Origin: Strigamia acuminata
Taxonomy: Eukaryota
NCBI GenBank assembly: GCA_949358305.1
Contig: OX442314.1
Coordinates: 2,728,001-2,792,000, forward strand
Length of the DNA: 64,000 bases
Direction of reading: 5' to 3'
Part shown: positions 32,231 through 44,550 of the stretch, piece by piece
How positions within the stretch are numbered: the first letter of the stretch is position 1
How the letters are laid out: every line of letters begins with the position of its first letter
The notes under the pieces: generated by a model
What the model saw: the letters and a program-made list of their open reading frames with translations, nothing else
Told to the model about the DNA's origin: nothing
Database searches by the model: none
Made by a program: the position numbers and the translations under genes

Positions 32231-35200
32231 TAGTTTATTTTAGTGACACCCGTTATAGCGATGCTGTTCTTCAACCTGTACTAACCTGAACTAACCTGTA
32301 CTAACCAACATAAAGTAACCTATACTAACATAAACTAATGAACTAACCTAACTGCATCTAAGCACTTTACAGCTGTGTCGCTTAAACGGGCATCACTAAA
32401 GTGAGCTAATCCGAAATTAATAAATGTAGAAAATCCATCTTCTTCTTTGCTCTGCCATCCTGCCTTCTCAGTTATCTACATTTGCTCACTTCGATGATAG
32501 CAACATTAGCATCAATTGCAACATTTGCCTTTCAATGTCCATAGGTGACTTCTTTGAAGCCTTTCCTGGTCTTTCTAAAAAAATTGTTGTTCAAAATGTG
32601 CTGGTAATTATTTGTGTGAAATTCTAGTACGATATCTTTTTGAAGTGTTCCAACTGTGAATTAAATTCGTTCTTTTGATGAGCAACTCTCAACAGCACGT
32701 GACTTCTGTCTTCTAAATCACATAAAAATTTATATATTTAGGATACATTTTTTCAGAGGATTGCTACTTATTACACTACCGATACTTGTATATTGCAGTT
32801 ACATAGGTTTGAAACGCAGCATCCAAATTTGCTTTAAGCTGTTCTAATTGCTCATCGAACCACTTTGTGAAGTTTTTGTCTTCTTCTTCGCCCATTAACC
32901 TTCTCACAACTTACGTGGGTGATTTGACTTGATATGTGATTCACTTACTTATTAAATACAGCTCGTTACAAGCGGTTACCCAAAGAAATGATAACAATTA
33001 TATTCGTAAAATGAATAACAGATTTATTATCTGGAATTATAGTAAAACGGAATTGATAAGAAATATAATTGTTAGGTGATATAATGCTGCTGCCTGCTTT
33101 GAAAGACCTCGAACGACGTTTCGGTCGGGTCGTGGCGATCAAGATTGGATTTTGAGCCGATTTGAAGCCGGCAGTTTTCGAAAATGTGGGGAATTGCATT
33201 AGGGTTAGGATTTAGTGTTAGAAGCTGTCTTAATTCATTAATTCTGGTACATATGGGATTGTAGCATTCACCTGTTGGATTGAAATTGATAAACAAAGCA
33301 TGCATTTGATCAGAGATTTATAAGAAAAAGAAATGCATATTTGTCAGTCCAGAATTGACCTGATTCACTTAGGCATCTGAGAAGAGAATTTAATTTCTTC
33401 ATTTTGGTTTTTACAATTGGCTGTTTTGTTTGTGCATCCCATTTTGTGGCACTAAAGAATCACTATAACATTTGGCCTTGATGAATTTGAATGGATTGAT
33501 ATTTGATCTATTATTCCCTGGATGGAAACTGGGTTAATTCAAGTGCTACACCTGCCCATTGCGTTTAAAGGAGGGTTTTGACTATCACGGTTTTGTCACA
33601 AAGCTTTTCCACATTAGTAGCATTTTCTGGCTTGTCAACTGGCGATGGCTTTAAGTTAAATCCTTAAATATTAGTCTCGCCATCCGTGGAAAAGGTTTGA
33701 AAATGCTTTCGAAATTCGTAAATCTTTTGTCATGTAAAGTAACGAAGAAATTTAAATTCAGTTTGTAATTTTAATTTTTCATTTATCAAAATTTAAAATT
33801 TCCTCACACTGACTCGTGAGTTGCACAACCACTCTGGTGGGAATAATTATTATTAACAGTAATAATTTTATAATTTTTACATTGTTGGGATTTATTTTGT
33901 ATGGTCTCGTGTCTCGTGTCTCGCTCGTACTGTTGTCGACCATTTTTCACTTTGGCTCTCCTCTTTCTTGACTCGTTCTTTTCTCATCGATTTTCTATTT
34001 CCATTTTCTATTTCCATGATTTTAAATTGTCCAGGTCGTATTCGTATTCCATTCATCCTAGAATTCATGTAAGGACCACAGTTCATTTCTCGTAAGATCG
34101 TTCGTTTTAATATTTCGGTATTAGTGCTGATACGTAGGCCTAATGACTGAATGGATTTTTGTTTCAATTGTTTTTCTCTTGCAACGGAATGCATAGGTTA
34201 TTTTTTTCTTTTTGTATTTCTCTATCCCGAAGGAAATTTATTCCAAACACAGGTTTGTTTCATTCTTCCTAAAAAAATGTTTTATTTCTTGCAAATATTA
34301 GTGCTGAATCCTAGGCCTAATGGAACAGAATACAGACATTTTGGGTTCGGTTGAATTTCTTGTTGATTTAATTGCTTTTCTTTTGGACCACATAAGGGTC
34401 TTTCGTACTTGGTTCCAGTTTGCTGAATCTTGATATGCCTAATAACTGAATGGAAGAAACGTTTGTTCCAATTTTGTTTCTTTTCTCTTGGTTTTGTTGG
34501 CTTTACCGATCAATCTTTGTATTTTTAGCATCTTTTTATTTGCATTAAGAATGTCGCCCTCGTACCAGAGATCAGCATTGTCGTAAAAATTCTACCCGTT
34601 ACCCGCCCTTTACCCGCCCCCCCTTAAAATTTCCTACCCATACCCTACCCTACCCTACCCTAACCTAACCGTACCCGTATATTTACCCTACCCTACCCAT
34701 ACCCATACCCGATCGCAATCACGTCGATTCGGTTCGTTTCGTGTTTCGTGTTGTCGTGTGACGTGTTCGTGTTGTCGTGTGACGTGTGGTCTATGGTGTT
34801 GTGATAATTCGCAACATGGCGCTAACATTTTTATAGTATAAAGTACGATGTTAGCACCACGTTGCGAACGTCGAAAAAACGTACCCGACGCGTAACCGTT
34901 AGTCTCGGGAGATCTGTAACCGTTACGGGTACGGGTACCCGATGCTGATCTCTGCCTCGTACCCCTCCAAAGATGGTGACAAATCATTTGAAGTGTAGCA
35001 TTTGACTTAAATGTATAAACCTTTTTTCCTTTCCTTCCTCTCCTTGACCACTTCGTGGGCGTTAAATTTGCAGGAAATACCTGCAAATTCCATGGGCCAA
35101 TGTAGTTTTCAATAATACTTCCGCTTTATGAAAAACGTGTTTTGGTCTTATTGCCATTTGGCAATTTTATCACTTTTCCCTTTTTCAAAATGACTAAAAA

Positions 35201-37112
35201 TTTAAAAAAAAATCTTAGTGCGGATGTTGTTACTGAATTTGGAATCAAGTTTATTAATTCCTTACATACTGTACCGCCCAGTTTAAAAGCCCCGGCGTTT
35301 AATTGAACCAGGAGCAAAAATGGCTTATTCGCGGCCGCCAATGACTGCCCGGCGCTAAAATGGCGATCCTGTGACCCAGGTCAACCTTGGGTGGCCAAGC
35401 AGTCACAAGTTATGAATAACTAACCCTGTTCTTCCGTATTTAGACAAAATTTCTACAAAAAAAAAAAATGTCAAAAACTTAAAAAAAAATCTACATCAAG
35501 AGTTTTTCTGACATACTTGGGAGTTGTCTCTTCGGTCACATGATCTGACAAGTGGCGCCCTCTCTGTGGTGCACTAGCAATTCTTTCGCGTGATTTGCTT
35601 CAGGTTTGCAGATCTTTTCTCCGCCTTCTGCTGCGTTGCTTTGGCAGTTGTCTTTTTTGAGCTTTCTCTTAGTCTGAATCGTTGCCAGAAGGTTCGCTCC
35701 CAGTCTTCATAAATGTGATTTATCGTTGTCTCGTACGTTTCTTTTGTCGGCTTCAGTTGGGTGTCAAGCTGTTCTACCTGGTCAGCAAGCCATTTAGTTA
35801 AGTTTTTTTTGCCATCTTGTTCAAGACTCAGTGCAATGGGGTTTGGAATAGGTTCAGCAGCCATCTTGGATAAATATATTCTAAGTATGAATGCTTTCCA
35901 ACCTTGCTCATCCTAATTAATCCCATTTGAAGTGGCTGAGTTGATTCTCGCTCATAGAATCAATCCACGGTGAAGTGGTCTGCTGAAGAATAATTAATTA
36001 ATTAATTTATTATTTTATTATAATTTATGTTGTCATGGCTTTCGGCCATGTTTCTGGAGCAGCTGCTTTGTCCAGAATCAATCGCAGAAATAGAACTAAA
36101 CTATTCCGAAAAGAAATGTTGCATAAATGAACAGAAATGAACAGAATGTTAAAGAAATGTTGCTTTATTGCGGTGACGTGACCATTCTAGTGTAAGCATT
36201 TTCTGGTTTGTGAGGTGGGTGTATTTATGATTTCTCCATTTGTAAATCGAGCAATAATGCAAGATAGCATAACACAGTTGTGTACACGCTATGTTTTTTC
36301 ATATTTTCTTCAAACTCTTGCAAATAATTTCTACGAAAATAATCACATATATAAATGATGAATATATCAAATCAATTATTGCTTGCAGCATTATTCGCAT
36401 GTCTATTGCTTGACTTGTTGGAAATAATGGCACCCGAACCTTGATTTACGGTGTCGACTTTTTTTAAAATGACTTAACTAAAATTTCAAAAAGATTAGCG
36501 CAAAGTTGTGACTTGTGAGAAACATCGAACAGGCTTTATAGTTTGTGGGGGTGTAAAATCCAACTCTCTACCTCCTTGTGGTCAAAAAGAGAGCTCTGGT
36601 TGATAATTTTAGGACTGCACTCCATACGCATCCTCCTTAATTGCTGCTCGCTCTGATTGGCAGCGATGTTGAAGTCGATGGCTGTTCGAATCTAAATACA
36701 TCTTGACCTTGCTGGTGAATGGCGGATCGCTCGAGATGGTGGTCCCACGCCAAGAAAAATAGGCATGTACGCACATTTTTTACTCTGCACACGAGACGAA
36801 AGTTTTTCAAAAAGACGTAAGCAACGTAAAAACTTGGCCCTCTTGTCTTAAAATCTAAGCTTTGTCATTGCCAAAATTAAACTAATCGTGTCAACTCATA
36901 AACTGACACTAAACCTTCACATCTCTTTTACGTCTCTTGTGTGTGCGATCAGTTTCACCACCCCGGCTCGACAGCTGCTGCGTCCCCCGAGTCCAGTAAC
37001 CATTTGGTCCGTCCCGACTCGTCCTCGGTCGTCTGCACACGAAAAGTGGGAAAAGTGGCATAAAAAGTGGCGTACTGTGCCGTCGCACTTGTCGATTTTG
37101 CCTCTTTCCACG

Positions 37113-37248
37113 GCAGTCACGTGCGAAATGTCCACTTTTGCCGCACGCGTAACACGTAACACTGTCACTTCGCTCCGAATTAATTTTCCTGTTCTTTGCG
37201 CTGTTGACAGTCTCGTGCAAAATGATCAAACTTGCCACACTTGAAACA
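37113..37248 (-). pseudogene. Two CCHC zinc knuckles (gag or CNBP-like relic), frameshifted
   Basis: CFKCGKFDHFARDC (37207-37248) and CYACGKSGHFARDC (37113-37154) are in different frames. Confidence 0.7.
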
Positions 37249-38556
37249 TTTTCCCTTGCTTGCTCTTGCGCTGTACGCTCCTTTCCTTCCTGACCGACAT
37301 GATCACTCCTTGCCTCGTTTTCCCAGTCTGCCTTTGATCGCAGAGTTCGTCATACCTCCAAAACTGTCATGTCGCGTTTGGTGTGAAAGGCTTCCGCCAC
37401 ATGCACCTACTTGCAAGTTAAACCTCGGACCATGTAGTAAACGAGTTCGTTTTCGCCGATCTCTTCCCAATTATCACGATTCTGTCAAATGACAGTAGAG
37501 TTTGAGATGAGATTTGGGAGCCTGAGTCAGCCACATGTGACATTTCGCCAAAAGAGATGAAAAGAGGTGAATTTTAATTTTTTAATTTTATATTTCATTT
37601 TCTTTATTATTTTTGTTGGTTTGAAAAATTCATTTAAAATTTTTTCACACTGACGTGTGAGTTGCAGAGTCACTCTGGTGAGAATTTTTATTATTAACAG
37701 AGGAGAATGATGTTATTTGTTGACGTTGATTCCAAACAATGGAGAAAGATGCTTCCACTTCGCTTAGCGACGGCGCGTGTTTGTGTTCTTCTTCATTCCA
37801 TTTCGTGTCGTTTGCTTTTCGGTTCGATGTTTTTCTTGTGTGTTTCCATTCGTTTTCGTGATGAAAATTATGCAAAACCAAAGGATGAGGTTTGGTTTTT
37901 CTATCCGACCGTTTGATTTTAGTTAATATCTTCTCTGTGATAAAATTTAATGTGTTTTTCTCTCTTTTTTTCGCTCTATCTTTGACCAAAATGGCATTTA
38001 TTTTTGTTTATTTGGTTTTGTGCTTCTTCGCTTCCTCTGTCTGGCCTCAAAATACAACATATAACTAAGGAACTGGTTTGATTTTAGCTAATTTTGTCAA
38101 AATTTTTATTTATTTTTCTGTTGGATTGCAAATTAGTTTATCCCACATTTCTCGTTTCCATTCCATTTTAGGCTTAATCCAAGTCTAAAAAATATGGTGG
38201 TCTCATTTTCATTTGAATTTGAGCTCAAGCTTTGAATATTTTTTTTGTGATGAAGATCAATTCGATTTAATTCTCCTTGCGAAATCTAGGAAATCCCAGA
38301 GATAATTAATGTTTTTAATGTTCTCGTCCATGGATGAGTTAGCCAATACCTTAACCTATTCTATCTATCTTTGAATCCTTCTGTCCTGATGAAATATTGT
38401 TCTTGCTCATTATGGTCTCACATTTTGGTTTAAGAAAGATGATTACTGAATTTCTTTTCCTCTACTTGAGAATAACAAAATAACAAGCAAAAAAGCAATG
38501 TGGAAAATCTATCATCTATCTATCAATATGGTTTTTGTTCTTTTTGCTAACACTGG

Positions 38557-39297
38557 TGTTTCCGGCAGCCCTGGACCGTGGCAGTCTGCAAGAAACGAGG
38601 AAGAAAAGATGAAGAATAACTTCTCTCACCTGATCTTGTAGTGAATTGCCGTAATTGAATTCACTCTTGAAACTTATGGAAAATAAACGAAATTGCTGCC
38701 CTGAACAGGCGCAGCAATGAGCACACATTGAATCCAAGACTGATGTGCTAAAGCACATGAAAACTGAATTTATTCTAAAGTTAATATCTATCAAAAGTAC
38801 ACAGAAAGAAAAAGGGAGAAAAAAACTACATAACTTAACCCTAGCAAGCAAGTGTTGTTGTGCAACGCACAACAATTAGATCACCGATCGTAGCAACGGT
38901 TTACAACAATTGCACAGAGAATTCAGCCCTCTAGTGCCAACTTGTAAAGTATAACAACTACTAAAAGCATAGAAATGAGCAAGAATGCATACAGAAAATA
39001 CAGTAAACCGTTAAACACGCATTTCAAAGTAAAAACAAACTTAAAACTAACAGCAAACGACACTTTAGGTGAATCTTAGCAGAGAAAGCTCTAAAGTGCC
39101 GGTCAAGAAGTACAAAATTAAGCGGAATTAATGTACAACTACCACTCCCACGTCACAAACTTCACGAATCTCACTTAACATTCAGACAAAACTTAAGCTG
39201 CGCTATTAACTAAACACAAACTTAAATAATTGATCAATTCAAGCAAATCCGCTATTGCGATAGCAAAAAAACCCATGTTGCGAATCTGCTCGCAACA
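38557..39297 (-). repeat. 3' LTR
   Basis: Direct repeat of 43810-44550; no differences seen by eye. Confidence 0.93.
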
Positions 39298-42200
39298 GCG
39301 TTGCCGGCCAAAGAAGAAGGGAAGGCAAGGCAGAAAACCGTTGAAGGAATTCCTCATCAAAACCAAGAGCACGGAAAGAAAAAGTACCGAAGCCAAGCTC
39401 GACTTTGTGAAAGTCGCGAAGGCAAAACCATAGATGCGAAGGCAAAAAGCTGTAACCTAAACATACTGGACCTCTAAAAGCGTCCCAGAACCAAGGGCGT
39501 CGAAATCGGATCGTGACCCATAAACCACCGGAGAGACTAAAGAAAAGAGAAGTTGCGTTGCGGCGCACTTCCTTATCAACTACCAGTAAAGACTAAAAGA
39601 AACTTAGAACGCGAGAGAAGAAAGAGAAGGGCCGTGCCATGATGACCTAGTCCAGACACCAAGGGGCTACGGCGTCGCCAATAAACACGTGGCGCACACG
39701 CAGAAAACCTTTAGAAAATCCGACTGAACGAGTTTTCTAACCAAAATGACGTGAGAACTTTGCGAGAGCTTGTCAGAAAGCTCAGTCTGTCAACCCGTAG
39801 ACAGACGCTTAAACTAATGGAAATTAGAAGCATGAAAACGAGAATCCTCGTCAAAGAGGAAGGGGTGCTGGTCAATAACACTTGCCGGACCACACACCGA
39901 GGTTCAAAGCCTCAGTATCGAAAACTAAACGTCGTCGAAAAAAGGAAAAACTGTCACAAAAACTCTTGACCGAGCATGGCCTCGCAAGGAACATGACATA
40001 CATGAAGACTAGAAAGAAAACTTGGAACGCAAAAGAGAACGGACTTGAGACACGGCAGGCTTCACCGCCTCGTTGTCCTCGAGCCAGCGCTCAAGTGACA
40101 GCGTACCACGGAAACCTCCATCCGCACTAAAACACGAGCTGCGAACTTAAACTTATTAAACTACTAAAGACGAACCTTTTATAGAAAACAAGAAAAATGC
40201 AAACTAAGGGAATGAATGCGTTGACCCAGACCTATCGTCTGACCAACTACCCAGCATTCGTACGAAGAACTAGAAAATGCCGTCAAGACCTAGGCACCAC
40301 TCTTTCGCAAAGAGTGACTAACTAACAACTTACCCAAAGCCATGACCACCTAGCTAACATGATCACGCCAGAAGGAGGAAAAAGAGAACGAGAAGGCATG
40401 AAGCTCAGGCAATGCGAACCATTCGCAGCAACTGCCACGCAAAGGCGTTGACCGCACCCTGACTTGACATGAACCCACGAAACCGCTAAGAGCAGAGAAT
40501 AAAGAAAAAAGGAAAGACTTAGTCAGATGACTGTGCAAGCCAACTGCGACCTCTTGTTCACAGTGACAATGAAACACGCGCACGCTGACCCATCGACCAC
40601 AACTTTATCTAACTAACAAGAGAAGAAACGGTTCAATTATCTAAAAAAAACGAGCACGTTCCGTGCAAATAAATACCGGCAAAAACGTCAATATTATCAC
40701 TAAAGCTATTGGCCAAGTATGGCCTCACAAGGGAAACTAACAAACTGGAACTGTGAAAACCAGCAAGAATTCCAAAACACTAAACTTCCTGCTTTTTTTC
40801 GAAGAGGGAATAAGTCCGTACCCAAATAATCAATCCATTTCCTCCCCACGAGAAAAGAAAGGAAAGGGGCCTGCTTCTTTTTGAAGATCAACAGGTGTCA
40901 AACGATACTGAAAAACGTTGGAAGCAGTACAACTGCAACCAAATGAAGCGAAGCTACACTTCCTGCACGAAAACTAATCACGTCGTTGAAAAGAAATTAA
41001 AACCGGTGGCTTTCTTTCAACCGAGCTGCGCTTTACGAATGCGCCTTGAACAAGGAGGTACCCGATGGACTGCACGTCCGCACTCGGGCCACCGTGTAGC
41101 CTGTTGTGAGCAGACTACCACGAAGACTGAAACTTCTTTAACCGAGAGGGAAATAGAAACTAGATCTAGTTAAAACCCCATGCTCCAATAAGGAGGCTAC
41201 CGTATGAACGCTTGGCCCACCCCGAGTCGGAACCAATATGATTGAACCGAGAAACGAGAGAAGAGGGAGGGTTGCTTGACGTCCCTGATTGCGAGGGGCG
41301 TCACACATAGACATGAGCACAAGGACTTGCCAGTTGCCAACCGCATTACTGGAACCGGTAAGCAACTGCAAGTCGACAATTGACTCTCTCACATACCCAT
41401 TGACCACATCGTCGATCAGCAAGCCGACTTCCGGAAATCGCCACTCTACTGAAAGCACGTGTTGTCCAATGACTAAAACGTGTTGCCGAGTGCCGGCGCC
41501 AAGAAGGCCGCACACACACGTCCTTCGACCCATCCTAGAGTGGGCTCCCTGCCTAGTGCATGTCTGCCTCACTGCAGAGCTAGGGATGAAAGACTAACAA
41601 CAACTACTCAGTCGTGGGAAGCAAACGTAGAAATAGGGGCCGCCAAAAGGCGCAGGGACTTTGTCTCGGACACGACATCTAACAGAGTATGGCAGTGCAA
41701 ACCTGCCCTCTGTAACACATCGAATGGCAGTCCTTGCTGTGCACAGCAAAAACGACCATCCAAAACAAGTACCTATACCCTAACGCCACGCTAGCTAGCC
41801 ACAACCCAAAAATAGCAAGCAAGCTATTTCCTAAACGAATAAGCTAAAATGTCCAAATTCTAAAGTTGCCCCAAAGAACTAGAATAACTAAACTCCCTTT
41901 TTTAAACGATAAAAGGCGAGACTAATCACTAATGAAGACTCATGAAACGCTACGGACGTTTCCACGAAGAGAAAGCGAAAATGCAGAACGTACATCACCA
42001 GCGGTAGACACTGGGTGCAGCGGTCAACAACAGAAACTGGACTTGCCCAGTGGGCGGTGCGGATCGGCTGCTCTAAACTTCCAGCACCGACAGAAGTCAC
42101 ACGCCTATCTAAATCCAAACCCACTTGCAAACAAGTCGTATAACAATCTAACCGAACAGAAATTGACTGACAGATAAGAACCGACTGACCACGTGGGCCA

Positions 42201-43809
42201 GCGCGCTCTCTGCTAGACACGAGCAACAAAGAAACTAATCCCGTTCTAAAAACAGGAAACACTTTACCATACACGAATACAAACGGGTGTGCCTTCTCTC
42301 GTTCCGGAGAGGCGTCCGACACCAGAACCAACGAGGAACTCGAATGACCCCAAGAAAATCTTACTGGACAAGACAAGAACACGCTAAATCGTAAAGATTA
42401 GGAATCGTCTACATTCCACCCGAACACACACACACCCAGCTGCGAAGAAACTTGACCCCCGACCTACTACATCTAGAGACACTGATAAATTAAGGGCGAG
42501 AGTTAATTGGCTTAGCACCGCCAAAGAACAGGTCAAGACTACAAAGGGCAGCGAATGCAACGACATTCCCAAGCAAAACACATTAATGAATACAAAAAAC
42601 GTAAAGACCAGGAACCGCCAGCATTCCACACAAGAACATGCAGAATCAGGCAATATTCCTAATCCAAAAACCTACCGGTAACTGGGGAAAGAACCCGGGA
42701 GAACTAAGAACTCAAAATCAAAGAGCTTAATGCGTAATAAATTGGCGATTCCAAATTAAAGGGGGAAACTTGGAAACAAGTAGCTCTGCTTCTCACATAC
42801 TAAACCGAAAATTCTTACCAAAAACGTGAGTGAACAAAGAATAAGCGACTAACAAGCACAGGCATAAATGCAATCAGAAAATTGGACTCCCTTATTAAAT
42901 CCAGACACAGAAAGCCAATAAATTCGCATAAGCCATTCTTTGGCACTTAAACAAGGAACTGAGGACAATAGCGACATAACCGTAAACGAGAAGTTTCGAG
43001 AAGTTTCGAGCTTAAAGGGACCTTGCTGGTCGTTGCGGACTCCAAACAAGGCGCAAATATTCTAGAAAACTAAAATACACTTGCATAATAGCGTATGCAC
43101 GAGCAAGAAACCTAACTAATGCCCCAAAAACCCCCAAAACAACCACAATCTTCCCCAAAAACCTTAAAATTAACAATAAAGGCGAGAAAATCAACACGAA
43201 AATGTTCTTTCTTGACGATTCTGGACGACTAGTACATTGCGTTGTGTTTAACAGGCCGACGCTGGGAGACTTGATCTTCCAAACTCGGTGACGCTCGTTC
43301 TGTGCGCTGACGGCACGAAACTCTCCGCTGGACCGTCCGGTACGACTGAGAGAACTCGCTCTGTTGAAGAAGAAAAGACTCGACTGGAAACTTGACTGAT
43401 CCGCTTGTGGGATGGCGCACGTCTGTGTGAACACGGCTTCGTTCTATGCAACGAGCTCGACACACGAAAACCTGGAAAACTTTGACGAAACTCTCTCGAC
43501 CGACGATCTTGCTGCGGCTGCTGGTGACGATCATACCAATGGCGACTGACTTGATCAACGACGCCAAACCACGTGCTGTGTTGACGACGCCGATGAGCCG
43601 CAAGCACGGAACTCGCCTTCTCGTGTGGCGATCCTCGTCCTGTGTGATAGCCTTCTGTGTGGCTGACGTCACACAGCTCAAAAAACCTCCAATGCAGTTG
43701 GCTCTGCATTCGGCAAGTTCGCTTGGACAAATGGCGGCGATGTCCGCCATTTTCGCAGCCACGAGCGGAAGGAAATTCGTTCGAAAATCCTGAGTCAACG
43801 GTACCAAAA

Positions 43810-44550
43810 TGTTTCCGGCAGCCCTGGACCGTGGCAGTCTGCAAGAAACGAGGAAGAAAAGATGAAGAATAACTTCTCTCACCTGATCTTGTAGTGAATT
43901 GCCGTAATTGAATTCACTCTTGAAACTTATGGAAAATAAACGAAATTGCTGCCCTGAACAGGCGCAGCAATGAGCACACATTGAATCCAAGACTGATGTG
44001 CTAAAGCACATGAAAACTGAATTTATTCTAAAGTTAATATCTATCAAAAGTACACAGAAAGAAAAAGGGAGAAAAAAACTACATAACTTAACCCTAGCAA
44101 GCAAGTGTTGTTGTGCAACGCACAACAATTAGATCACCGATCGTAGCAACGGTTTACAACAATTGCACAGAGAATTCAGCCCTCTAGTGCCAACTTGTAA
44201 AGTATAACAACTACTAAAAGCATAGAAATGAGCAAGAATGCATACAGAAAATACAGTAAACCGTTAAACACGCATTTCAAAGTAAAAACAAACTTAAAAC
44301 TAACAGCAAACGACACTTTAGGTGAATCTTAGCAGAGAAAGCTCTAAAGTGCCGGTCAAGAAGTACAAAATTAAGCGGAATTAATGTACAACTACCACTC
44401 CCACGTCACAAACTTCACGAATCTCACTTAACATTCAGACAAAACTTAAGCTGCGCTATTAACTAAACACAAACTTAAATAATTGATCAATTCAAGCAAA
44501 TCCGCTATTGCGATAGCAAAAAAACCCATGTTGCGAATCTGCTCGCAACA
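43810..44550 (-). repeat. 5' LTR
   Basis: Direct repeat of 38557-39297, adjacent to the PBS-like sequence. Confidence 0.93.

Larger units (their letters stand above)
38557..44550 (-). mobile_element. Non-autonomous LTR retrotransposon (LARD-like)
   Basis: Two 741-bp LTRs with TGT...ACA ends and a 4-bp TSD CTGG (38553-38556 and 44551-44554). A PBS-like TGGTACCGTTGACTCAGGAT follows the minus-strand 5' LTR. The 4.5-kb interior has no gag/pol ORF. Confidence 0.92.

Noticed and set aside
39298..43200. Many 60-160-aa ORFs in the LTR element interior
   Set aside because: None has RT, RNase H, integrase or convincing protease motifs.
43229..44128. 299-aa ORF in the LTR element as a possible gag
   Set aside because: It starts inside the LTR at a non-ATG codon and has no recognisable gag or CCHC motif.
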